Assembly: GCA_030599585.1 (NCBI GenBank) | Contig: JAUVNS010000008.1 | Location: 96,001-160,000, forward strand | DNA: 64,000 nucleotides | Reading direction: 5' to 3' | DNA from: Promethearchaeota archaeon | GTDB taxonomy: Archaea > Asgardarchaeota > Lokiarchaeia > Sigyniarchaeales > SOKP01 | Shown: positions 1 to 9,904 of the stretch, one piece after another | Numbering within the stretch: the stretch's first letter is position 1 | Layout of the letters: every line of letters begins with the position of its first letter | Translations under genes and position numbers: made by a program | The notes under the pieces: model-generated | Database searches by the model: none | What the model was told of the DNA's origin: nothing | What the model saw: the letters and a program-made list of their open reading frames with translations, nothing else

Positions 1-1102
1 AGATTATTCCAATAATAGATCCTACAACTCCAATCATTACTCCTTCAAAAATTACCATTTTTACAGGAAAATTTTTTTTTCCTCCTACAACTCTTAAGAT
101 CCCATATTCTCTAATTCTTTCTTCTGTAGATGTGGAAAGAATAGAATTTATTAAAATACCTGTAATAAGCATAGAAATTATCGTAATAAACCAAAAAATG
201 ATTGTCATACCTATTAGCATAAACTGTTGGGCACTTATTTCTCCTAATTTTGGCATTGCTACAGTATATTCATTAGGATCTAGTCTTTGTTGAATTCGCG
301 TACCTATTTCCCTAACTTTTCGCTTAGTGAAATCAATGTCGCTAACAACGTAAATTGATTGTGGATTTTCAACAGTACCCATTATTAAGTTAATTTCTCC
401 TTCCCGCTGCAAAAATGATTGAGCTTGTTCTAGATTTATAATAACCAGAGCGTTTTCTAATTCGGTAAATTTTAAGTCTTGATTACAAATAGCCACAACC
501 TCAACATCTAAAGTATATTGCTGATAATTCATGTGGATTGTATCTCCGATACTTACATTTAAGAGCTCTGCAACCTTCCATAGTATAACACATTCTCCCA
601 TATTTGGTTTTCCAATATAAGAACTTCCTGTTTCAGTACCATTCTGATCTACCAAGTTTAAATCTCCCATTTGTCCATTACTAACTTCTTTTAAGAAATT
701 AATGCCATAAACTTGTAACGAACCATTCGCATCAGTATTATCAGAAGATACTTTCACAAGCATCATAATTCGCGGAAATAACTCATCTACACCTTCAATA
801 TTTGTTAATTCATTATCTATTAGTGTTTCATCAAAAAAAGGATCAAACGTTAAATCTGTATTTACGGCTTTAGATATTAGTATGTCGGAGCTTCCAGTGG
901 TACTCGTTATAATCCCCATATAATTATAAGACATCGAATCGTTGATCATACCGATTGCGGTGAGAAGAATTATTGAAATTGTAATACCACTCAAACCAAA
1001 CAAAACTTTTGCCCGATCTTTTTTTATGTTTAACCAAGATTGTTGTAAAAATTGGATTCTGAGTTTTAATCTTAGTTTATATAATATGTTTTGTATACTC
1101 AC
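1..1102 (-). CDS. FtsX/MacB-like ABC transporter permease (5' part; runs off left edge)
   Basis: Hand-translated from GTG at 1102: MSIQNILYKLRLKL...KVLFGLSGITISIILLTAIG...EERIREYGILRVVGG...FEGVMIGVVGSIIGII. Paralogous to 9905..12910. Confidence 0.85.
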   Translation of the reverse strand, partial: MSIQNILYKLRLKLRIQFLQQSWLNIKKDRAKVLFGLSGITISIILLTAIGMINDSMSYNYMGIITSTTGSSDILISKAVNTDLTFDPFFDETLIDNELTNIEGVDELFPRIMMLVKVSSDNTDANGSLQVYGINFLKEVSNGQMGDLNLVDQNGTETGSSYIGKPNMGECVILWKVAELLNVSIGDTIHMNYQQYTLDVEVVAICNQDLKFTELENALVIINLEQAQSFLQREGEINLIMGTVENPQSIYVVSDIDFTKRKVREIGTRIQQRLDPNEYTVAMPKLGEISAQQFMLIGMTIIFWFITIISMLITGILINSILSTSTEERIREYGILRVVGGKKNFPVKMVIFEGVMIGVVGSIIGII

Positions 1103-1132
1103 TATATCACGCTTTACTTACGATTGTTTTAA

Positions 1133-4100
1133 TTACCTATCTAATATACTAAATTTTTTACCCTTATATTCGAATTTTCTTAGAAAAATACCCTTTTCTT
1201 TTAATAATTCTTTTATTTCTTCAATTTCTCGCCTAACTAATCTAACTCCTCGACATTTTTTGTTCTTACAGTAAAAATTCTCTCCCGGTTTATCTTTAAA
1301 ATACCATTTACCGCAATTTATGCAATTATATGCAATATAGATTTGATCGTGATCGCACTTCGGACACATATAGTTAAATTTACTTGATTCAAACCAAGAT
1401 TGACAATACTTGCAGTGGAGGATGAAGGGATTCTTGTGTTCTTCTGGAGTTTCTATGACCTCTATTCTTTTAATGACTTTCTCTTTATCAAGTTCTTTTA
1501 ACCTTAGTTTCTCCGCAAAAATGTTTCTACGGTGTCTGAAACTAAATTTACCATATTTTTCTGCTAAAAAATAAGATATAATACCTATTATGATAACACT
1601 CACAATTACTAGGAACCAAATTCCCCAAGTTTGAAAATTCATTAACCCGTTTTCTACATCGACGTGAACTACTGATTCAGCTTTATTTCCTTCTGCATCA
1701 TAAGCAACGACCATTACTACATACGTCCCATCGTTATATTGAGTAGTATCCCAATCAAAGCTTAAAACCCCGGTACCGTGATTGAATTTCAGCAAACTTC
1801 TATCAACAATTTTGTCGTTGATATAGATATTAATACGATTTTCATCTATTCCAATATTATCGCTGATATTTGCCTCAATTTTAGTAATTGAGTTAACGAT
1901 TTCATCACTTAGTGGTGCACTAATTTCGATCGTAGGGGCGATGAAATCTGTTGATTCATCATAACCTAAATAGATATTTGATAGTAACCACCCATAACCC
2001 AATCCTGTTGTAATGTCGTTGGAATGTAAAGTAAATTTGATTATCACAATTTCATTAGAGTATTGCGAAATATCCAATGATTCGTTTCCTGCAAGATTTT
2101 CAGAATCAAAGTAGTATTCTTTCAATATATCCCAACTTTCCCCGTAATTACTTGAGATCGAAATTGTACACTTGTCAAGTTCGTCCTGTTCCAAAAAGAA
2201 TTCATTCTGTAAAGAAATTTCATAAGCAAAGTTCAAAAAGACATCGTATTCATCTCTAACATGTAAGGGGTATGTGATTAAATTAGCTTCCCAATCGGGT
2301 CCATATCCTTGTGAGAGACTACCGTAGCTTTGGCCTAAACCCCCATATATGAAGGGATTTCCAAAGCGATAATATAGATGCCAACTATTGTCTCCTTTTA
2401 ACCATTGCGTTAGCTCTTTTTGCATCGGATTTCCAGTGATAAAATAATCTGATAAAGACGCAAGCGTATAATCGAATCCAATTAATTTACCACTTTGATT
2501 TATGTTAAATTCGTAAGCAATAGGATTTTGGAAATTAAATAAATTATTATCTTGATTAAAGAAATTAGTAGATGTTAAAAACTTACCATCGTATACATGA
2601 AACCTAAAAGTCAGATTAGTAAGATCGTTTAATACGATTGATTTTACGAATTTAATTCCGCGAGGGTGGAAGGAGTTAAAACTCGAGTTCCAAGCACCAA
2701 AAACATTAATCATAGAGTAATTCTGATTATTAATTTCAATAAATACATATTCGGGATAATTGTTGTCGGAATCGAAGTAATATACCGAAAATGCGATTCT
2801 GTCGTATTTAAATCCTTGGATATCAGATATATTTTCATCTACATTAAAATCTATTTCAGGAGCTTGAAAGTTCGTATAGTTCTCTAGCGAGAAATAAGCC
2901 AACGTAAATCCTTTATAATTAATAGGATCGTAATCTTCATCTAATTCGGCTATAAGCCTGAATTGGACGTAATTTCCAATATATTGAGTTATATTTATTT
3001 CATCTAGAAACCAGTCCCTTTCTTCATTTGAATATGTTCTCAATGTAATCCATCCCGTCCAATTAGGATTTATCTGTAAATACATGAAATCACCCGAATT
3101 TAAGCTCGTTCTTAGCCCTATTTTAGCAACGACTTGCGTATTGTTCTTATTGATGTGGGTTATATTAAACAAGGGACTTCTTAATGTCCCGTTAGGAAAG
3201 GGATTTGTTATTATATATGGTTGGTAGGTATAATTTAATGGAAAATTATGATCTCTCCCGAAATATAATGCTGACCAATTTTCAGAATATAAGGTGGAAC
3301 GATTGTCATTCTGATTACTCTGATTCAACAATCCCCAACCTGTTCCATTATATGTCCATCCATTAAAACCATCGTTAAAATCCTGGAGATATGGAAATGC
3401 CTCACTATCATCCGGAAATTCGATATTGATATTTAATAACTCAGATAGTGGATATTTTGCATGGTGAGATCCATCACTTGCGTTAAAATAGTAGTAATAT
3501 TTTCCCGGTGTAGAAAATTTAACAAAATCACTTCGAAAAACGGCTCCATCAGTGTAATTATCATCAAAAGCGAAAACTTGAGTCATTGCATACTTTTTTG
3601 AAGTATTTACAATATACAAATATACTTCTTGAGGAGGTACATTTGAAGTATCGTTATCAAAATATTCTATGTAAAACCAATAATTATCAATAGTATAATT
3701 CTTAGCGGGCTCATTTCCATAAAATTGTTGTAGACTGATAACCGTATCATTTTTTGCCCCTCCGAAATAATTTATCTCGGTCATTTTTAATTCTGGAGTG
3801 AAATTATTAATCACGCTAGAAACATTCAAAGTAAAGTTACTCTTCCCTGAAATAGCTTTAACTATTACTATACATTCTGTTTGGTTATATTTTGGTGTGA
3901 AGTAGAAGAAATCTGAGTCCCCATACCACTTTTGTGCTGCTTGCAATAACAGTGGTTCTCCAAACCGGTTTGATTCATTTGCATATAGAAATAAATCTAA
4001 ATCTGCACTACCATCTACATTTGATAGATTGAAAATGTATTGAACATCTTCAATTAAATGCACCTTTCTTGCAAACACATGATTTTCCAAGGGATTTAAT

Positions 4101-5944
4101 TCTGAGCTTGTCAATTCGTAATTAATGGATTCATTTATCTCAATTTGTTTAGTTAAGGCATCAATCGCAGCTTGAACATTCATCCTTCCATATCCTTCAT
4201 GGACATCTTTCAGGTTAGTTAATAAACCATTAAAAAGATTTGGTGAGTAATCACTTTCATCTATTTCTGTTTTAGGATCGTCCTCTCTTTCGAGATTTGT
4301 TTCTGATGCAGTCATGAGTAATATAGCTTTTAACATTTTTACCCATTTCGTAAGATTCTGGTTATTCCATTCAGCCCAACTCCCCCATTTCGCATCTATT
4401 AAAATGTTTATTACCGCAGAAACGATAGCGGTTGATATTGAAGTGCCGATCAAAGCGGTTGTATCATTAGATTTTCCATCTGCACTTACAATTGAGCGAT
4501 GACCTGGGATTATACTACCTCCTGGTGCAACTATATCAGGTTTCAGAACGTTTTCTCCGACATTTCTTCCCATACTGCTATAAGAAGTTATCATGTCTTC
4601 ATCGTTGATCGCACCAACAACAATTGCATTTTTATTTACGCCTAAGCTGTTAAAAGGCTTCGTACCTTCGATGCCATTATTTCCCGCAGCAATCACAACT
4701 AAAACATGATTGTCAATGACTTCATCAATTACAGCATTAATTGCAGTCACATCTTCTCCTATAGTTCCAATGCTTAAGCACACTGAAATTATATGATGGG
4801 TAGTTCTATTTTGGATTACGCTTGCCATTGCCGATATTAAATCAGACACATACCCTTGTCCTGAACTATTTACTATTCTATAACTCAGAATTTTGGTAGC
4901 GTTAGCGATTCCATTAAAATGATTATAGTTCTCATAATAAGATTCGGGAAAAAATGACATAGATATGTTGAAAGAAAAGGCTGGAGCAGTATTACTTTTT
5001 TTATGATATTTAATATAAACATCATAAATCCCTCTTTTATTAGGGGCGACATTATGAATAATTGAATAAATTTGATTAGGATTTTGGATGGTGCTCGAAT
5101 TAACTAATGTAGAATTATAATACAATTCCAGCCAAAAAGTATCTATTTCATTCATCGGATAGTCGAAGCTGGAATTTATCCCAATATTTGCGCTACTTTT
5201 TGATATATTTACAGCGAGAATTTTAAGAGTATAATTTTTTGATGGTAAATAATCTTCAAATAGCTCCAAATGTGTGTAATTTCCATACATTTTAATTATA
5301 GAAGGGCTACTAGATTTATTGGTGAGGATGCCAGTGCCTGCAATAACAGAGGATATGAATGTTCCGTGACCATTTTTATCGGATATCAAATCATCGTCGA
5401 CAAAATTTTGCCAACCTACAATTTTATTCTGTAAATAGGCTTGATTAGGATTAATACCGCTATCTAAAACTGCGATAGAGGAATCAGTGTCACCGTTATA
5501 ACCATTGTTATACCATGTAGCATTAACTGATTGTGTTTGAGCGCTAGCATAATTCATCTGAACTTCAATTATTTCATCGGTATCGATATTAATATCGGGA
5601 AATTCACTCTTATATAAAGATAGATTTGTTAAAGGGATTGTCCCAGCAAATCCCGAGAATTCATTAAATAGTCCATTCCAATCTTCATTCTCTTTTAAAA
5701 TACCACCATAAGATACAAAACTATTTTTTGCGCTTACATTGTAATTTGAATTATTAAAAAAAACTATTACGTTTCTGTTACCATTGTTTGATGTACGTAG
5801 CGTATCTGAGAAGTCTTTTTGCTTCACAAGGTTCGCACCGTATAAATCTATAGTTTGAAATTCTAAAAGAAGACTAACACCAATATTTAATCCGAGGATA
5901 AGAAGTAAAACAACAAGATATTTTGATACTTTTTTCAAATTCAA
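1133..5944 (-). CDS. Membrane-anchored S8 (subtilisin-like) serine protease with large extracellular region and C-terminal Cys-rich Zn-ribbon tail
   Basis: Catalytic motifs VLDSG, HGTFISSVIAG, AAGNNG, GTSIS; N-terminal hydrophobic helix; Ig-like domain (WDTTQYNDGTY); C-terminal TM followed by CKYC/CPKC/CINC/CKNKKC. Confidence 0.9.
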   Translation of the reverse strand: MNLKKVSKYLVVLLLILGLNIGVSLLLEFQTIDLYGANLVKQKDFSDTLRTSNNGNRNVIVFFNNSNYNVSAKNSFVSYGGILKENEDWNGLFNEFSGFAGTIPLTNLSLYKSEFPDINIDTDEIIEVQMNYASAQTQSVNATWYNNGYNGDTDSSIAVLDSGINPNQAYLQNKIVGWQNFVDDDLISDKNGHGTFISSVIAGTGILTNKSSSPSIIKMYGNYTHLELFEDYLPSKNYTLKILAVNISKSSANIGINSSFDYPMNEIDTFWLELYYNSTLVNSSTIQNPNQIYSIIHNVAPNKRGIYDVYIKYHKKSNTAPAFSFNISMSFFPESYYENYNHFNGIANATKILSYRIVNSSGQGYVSDLISAMASVIQNRTTHHIISVCLSIGTIGEDVTAINAVIDEVIDNHVLVVIAAGNNGIEGTKPFNSLGVNKNAIVVGAINDEDMITSYSSMGRNVGENVLKPDIVAPGGSIIPGHRSIVSADGKSNDTTALIGTSISTAIVSAVINILIDAKWGSWAEWNNQNLTKWVKMLKAILLMTASETNLEREDDPKTEIDESDYSPNLFNGLLTNLKDVHEGYGRMNVQAAIDALTKQIEINESINYELTSSELNPLENHVFARKVHLIEDVQYIFNLSNVDGSADLDLFLYANESNRFGEPLLLQAAQKWYGDSDFFYFTPKYNQTECIVIVKAISGKSNFTLNVSSVINNFTPELKMTEINYFGGAKNDTVISLQQFYGNEPAKNYTIDNYWFYIEYFDNDTSNVPPQEVYLYIVNTSKKYAMTQVFAFDDNYTDGAVFRSDFVKFSTPGKYYYYFNASDGSHHAKYPLSELLNINIEFPDDSEAFPYLQDFNDGFNGWTYNGTGWGLLNQSNQNDNRSTLYSENWSALYFGRDHNFPLNYTYQPYIITNPFPNGTLRSPLFNITHINKNNTQVVAKIGLRTSLNSGDFMYLQINPNWTGWITLRTYSNEERDWFLDEINITQYIGNYVQFRLIAELDEDYDPINYKGFTLAYFSLENYTNFQAPEIDFNVDENISDIQGFKYDRIAFSVYYFDSDNNYPEYVFIEINNQNYSMINVFGAWNSSFNSFHPRGIKFVKSIVLNDLTNLTFRFHVYDGKFLTSTNFFNQDNNLFNFQNPIAYEFNINQSGKLIGFDYTLASLSDYFITGNPMQKELTQWLKGDNSWHLYYRFGNPFIYGGLGQSYGSLSQGYGPDWEANLITYPLHVRDEYDVFLNFAYEISLQNEFFLEQDELDKCTISISSNYGESWDILKEYYFDSENLAGNESLDISQYSNEIVIIKFTLHSNDITTGLGYGWLLSNIYLGYDESTDFIAPTIEISAPLSDEIVNSITKIEANISDNIGIDENRINIYINDKIVDRSLLKFNHGTGVLSFDWDTTQYNDGTYVVMVVAYDAEGNKAESVVHVDVENGLMNFQTWGIWFLVIVSVIIIGIISYFLAEKYGKFSFRHRRNIFAEKLRLKELDKEKVIKRIEVIETPEEHKNPFILHCKYCQSWFESSKFNYMCPKCDHDQIYIAYNCINCGKWYFKDKPGENFYCKNKKCRGVRLVRREIEEIKELLKEKGIFLRKFEYKGKKFSILDR

Positions 5945-8900
5945 AATTCACCTCCATCTTTGATTCCTTTTTTATTATAACTCTGCTCTTTGGATAGTGA
6001 AACTAGTCGGTCTCTTAAGGTATTTTCAACTTTTAGAACCGAATCGCTGTGTGATACTTTAAAGAGCAATAATTCGTTCCTTTGAAGTTCATACTTATTA
6101 GCCTTATATTTCTTAGTTTTCCAAATGAAAATCGTTAAAATAGTAAGAGCTACAAAAGCTGGACCTAGTACAAATAAAATATTAACTTCTTCTGGGATTA
6201 TCACTTTAACTTCAATAGAATTCGATCTTTCTATTACTTTTTGTAAGTAGAAGTATTCAATACTCGCAGGTTTCAGCCAGATTAAAACTTGTTTAGTCGC
6301 TTGAATTTTATAGGAAAATGTAATTTCCTCACCTGGTTGCAAACTCGGAGCAGTAAAAATAAGACTTCCGCTTATTAATTCAAACTCAATATTTGTAAAG
6401 CCAATTGCGTCACTAATGGTAATATTTTTCGCACAAATATTCCCGGTGTTAGTAACCGTTATGTTTACGGTAATAATATCCCCAATTTCTATTTGATCTT
6501 GATTAACCGATTTTATTATTGAAAAATTGATAAAACCAAGAATTAATGGCCTTGAAGAGGCAATTTGAATCGTGTTCTCCTCTAGGCAACTGAAATAATT
6601 GACTGAAGGATAGTAGTACCCTTTCCATCCAATTTTTTTTACAGAAATAGTAGAATTTATTAACTCATTGTACATAATTTCTGGCGTAACCACATTCAAC
6701 TTTCCAATAGGTGCTAAGTCTCCGTATTGATCGTTAAATGCAAGTGATATATTTGGAATCATTAATCCCGCAAATCCAGTATTTCTAATATAAATTGACA
6801 AGTTAAATTTTTCATCGATATCAGGAGCTAGAGTTGTGGAATTACAATAAATCTCAATCGTCCTAATATAAGGATTACGGGATAAATAATCGATTGGAGC
6901 AGAAAAATACACATCGTTTGGATGAGACTCTAATGTTGTAGAATTTAAATTTTGAATAAATTCTAAATTGTTATAGCTAATTGTTGTATTGCTAATTGTA
7001 GCCGTATTTGGAATGTAAAAAGAAAAAGAAATTTGTTTTTTCTCAGAGGGTGCAAGTTCAAAAATAGAATACTTTAGATAGTCTTTTTCGATTGTAAAGT
7101 TGAAAGGGTTATGAATAATTCCGGGGACCATAATTGATATATTAATATTTCTTGCGATATTTGATCCTACATTGCTAAAAACTAATGTGTAGTTATTTAT
7201 CACTCCCGTACTTGAACTATAGCTAGATAAGTAAGCATATGAGGTAATAGACGCCATATTGTAAGTACTTAAAGAGATGGTATTTGATATTTTAATGTAT
7301 TCAACTTTACCGCTTAAAGAAGTATAAATAACTCTAGAGCCTAAAACGGTATATTCGTTAACATCTCTGTAATAAAATTCTATATCTAAATCATTAATAG
7401 AAATATTAAATTTGTTAGAATTGATTCCCTTTACTTTTAAAATAATTGAATGGTTGTTTCTATTGGCAGGATCAAAAATCCATTCAAGTGTCCCTTGGTT
7501 TTTAATAAATGTGTAGGTTGCTGTGTTATTAATTGTTGTAGTCAAATACGGGGATATATCTTCAAAAACCTCCGAAGAAAAATTAAAAACTTCAAAATTC
7601 AAAACATCGGTAGTGTCTGTGTAATTAACAACAATTGAAATGCGATCTAAAGAATTGTTCGTTAGATCTATCACAGTTTCGTTCATAAAAAGAAAGTGTA
7701 CCTCGATTTCGTATTGATCAACATATTTCTGTTCTGATTCGAGTATCCATTCTTGGTTATCGTTGTTTAACGCCATTTGAGGTGAAGTTCCTTCAATTGA
7801 TAACCCCGAAATAATCGAAGGTATCTGTGGAAAATTTTCTTTAAGAGTAAAATTATATCTGTAAAAAGAAGAAAATGTATCAAAACCCTCAATTGAAAAA
7901 TTATCATTTGTATAAGAAAACGCTTCATTTGGTTCTAACTTCCAATTTTCACTATTCCAAATACTCTGTTCATTCGTGAAAGTATCTTTTAGCGATTCTG
8001 AAGATTGACCTATTGCGTCTAATGAAGAAATTAATTGTGGGTTACCTATTGCAATTAAATCTATCACATGATCCATATTTTCATTATAGGGTAAAAAATT
8101 AGTGAGATTGTTAATATCTGGAAAATAAATATCTACTATTCCTGTTCCTGTTGTATCAAAATAAAAAATGCGTGGATTCTTATCAAAGTTAAAAAAATCC
8201 TCCAAAGAAGTGTATTGACCAGCATACTCAATTCTGACAACCTCCCATATAGATTCTTTAAGATCTTCATCAAGTCCTAAAAGAACTCCGATTGGTCCCA
8301 CAATTATAGGAAAAATATCATCAAGTTCTATAGGTATTGAAGTAGGAACCCCCCAAGCAGTTTCGTTCCCTACATTTATGGCAGTAATATTAAATGAAAA
8401 GTCTTTATAAACTCCATTTGAGGCATTACCACCAATTAAGTCTTTTGTAATTACTAAATTTGGTTCTGAATTTGAAATTTTATATGTAATAACTAGCTCT
8501 TCAATTGGATTAAAAATTCCTGTAGGTATTCCTGGCAACCCTTGAATTCCGATCGCGTGTAGAAAATTTATAACATCTGCTTGATCGTTTAGGTTTACAG
8601 GTTTAACATAACTTTGCTTAAACCCATTGTCGTTAACCCAGAATAATTCAAACGAATAATCTTTTAGCGCTTGGATATCAAACTCTATTTCAGCGTAGTA
8701 AAGTAATAAGCCGATTTGCTCTAAAAGAAAGTCATAAAGTGTGAAATAGGAGGGTGTTGCATCGATTACATCAGTACAAAAAATATTAACATTAATTTCA
8801 CTCATAAAAGCGCCTATTAAAGAAATAAATATCTTTTCACTAGGTTTGAGCGACTCTCCTTGATATCCCATAGCATCCCATAAATTAAAACGATATTCGT

Positions 8901-9888
8901 CTTCGCTGATTTCAGTAATTCCACGAGCTGAACCTTCATATTGTATCATTAAACTCGTGTAATGTGATTCATTAGAAAGCGTGAGGGAACCAAAGGAATC
9001 ACCAAAATCACCAAAATCGTTCTGAGTCGATGTTTGATTAACCACATCTGAAAAATTTCCGAATAGGGAACTAATATCCGAAAATTGTTCAAATATATTA
9101 TCGATTTCAAGATTTTCTAAATAGCCTAAATCCAATGAATCAATATTAAAGTTTACCTGATCCATGGACTTATAAACATCATAGTCTAAGAAATCCAAGG
9201 AGTTTACCAATAGAAATGTTGAAGATAAATGTTGTGTATTAATGTATTCTTCGGAGGTTAAACGGTCAACATCTAAAGCTTTCCAGTATCCATCCATAGG
9301 TATGTTTTTTGTAATCTCATCAAAATAAATCTCCCAATTTGGATGATATCCTATAAATGGAAAGAAATAAGCGTTCGAGGAATTTATCATTATTAAATCT
9401 ATTTCAAATTTATTTTTTATAATATCTAGAGCCCGACTTGCCCTAAATGACACGTCTTCTTCGCTCATTTCTTCATTATAATAAAGAAATCCCGAAAAAC
9501 TGTTAAAACTCATTTCATATTGCTTACTATATGGATTCTCATTAAGAACGCGAGGGAATAATTCTGGAGTTATCCCGTTTGATGCACTGAAAAGGACATT
9601 ACATTTATAAAACGCTGGATCCCTCGTATCAAACTTAGGAAGAATATTTGTATCATTAGTGAAAAGTGATTGCTTAATAACCGATTTATTTCCTGCCACC
9701 AAGGCTTTAATTTTTTCTGCATATAGATCTGTTCCTGCAATATCAGAAATTTTTAGTAATTTTTCTTGAAAATTGGATTGTTCTTCGTAATCAAGTATAA
9801 ACTCTTGACTGATAAAATTGTCATCTAATGGGGAAAAAATAAAACTAAGGAAGAATAAAGTTATTAAAATTTCTTTAGAGTATTTCAT
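5941..9888 (-). CDS. Large cell-surface glycoprotein-like protein with DUF11/CARDB-like Ig domains and C-terminal TM anchor
   Basis: Signal peptide; many N-x-S/T sequons; KSVNQDQIEIGDIITVNITVTNTG (DUF11-like); TM helix then basic tail. Confidence 0.7.
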   Translation of the reverse strand: MKYSKEILITLFFLSFIFSPLDDNFISQEFILDYEEQSNFQEKLLKISDIAGTDLYAEKIKALVAGNKSVIKQSLFTNDTNILPKFDTRDPAFYKCNVLFSASNGITPELFPRVLNENPYSKQYEMSFNSFSGFLYYNEEMSEEDVSFRASRALDIIKNKFEIDLIMINSSNAYFFPFIGYHPNWEIYFDEITKNIPMDGYWKALDVDRLTSEEYINTQHLSSTFLLVNSLDFLDYDVYKSMDQVNFNIDSLDLGYLENLEIDNIFEQFSDISSLFGNFSDVVNQTSTQNDFGDFGDSFGSLTLSNESHYTSLMIQYEGSARGITEISEDEYRFNLWDAMGYQGESLKPSEKIFISLIGAFMSEINVNIFCTDVIDATPSYFTLYDFLLEQIGLLLYYAEIEFDIQALKDYSFELFWVNDNGFKQSYVKPVNLNDQADVINFLHAIGIQGLPGIPTGIFNPIEELVITYKISNSEPNLVITKDLIGGNASNGVYKDFSFNITAINVGNETAWGVPTSIPIELDDIFPIIVGPIGVLLGLDEDLKESIWEVVRIEYAGQYTSLEDFFNFDKNPRIFYFDTTGTGIVDIYFPDINNLTNFLPYNENMDHVIDLIAIGNPQLISSLDAIGQSSESLKDTFTNEQSIWNSENWKLEPNEAFSYTNDNFSIEGFDTFSSFYRYNFTLKENFPQIPSIISGLSIEGTSPQMALNNDNQEWILESEQKYVDQYEIEVHFLFMNETVIDLTNNSLDRISIVVNYTDTTDVLNFEVFNFSSEVFEDISPYLTTTINNTATYTFIKNQGTLEWIFDPANRNNHSIILKVKGINSNKFNISINDLDIEFYYRDVNEYTVLGSRVIYTSLSGKVEYIKISNTISLSTYNMASITSYAYLSSYSSSTGVINNYTLVFSNVGSNIARNINISIMVPGIIHNPFNFTIEKDYLKYSIFELAPSEKKQISFSFYIPNTATISNTTISYNNLEFIQNLNSTTLESHPNDVYFSAPIDYLSRNPYIRTIEIYCNSTTLAPDIDEKFNLSIYIRNTGFAGLMIPNISLAFNDQYGDLAPIGKLNVVTPEIMYNELINSTISVKKIGWKGYYYPSVNYFSCLEENTIQIASSRPLILGFINFSIIKSVNQDQIEIGDIITVNITVTNTGNICAKNITISDAIGFTNIEFELISGSLIFTAPSLQPGEEITFSYKIQATKQVLIWLKPASIEYFYLQKVIERSNSIEVKVIIPEEVNILFVLGPAFVALTILTIFIWKTKKYKANKYELQRNELLLFKVSHSDSVLKVENTLRDRLVSLSKEQSYNKKGIKDGGEF

Positions 9889-9904
9889 AGTTTTTCATCT
9901 CCTC

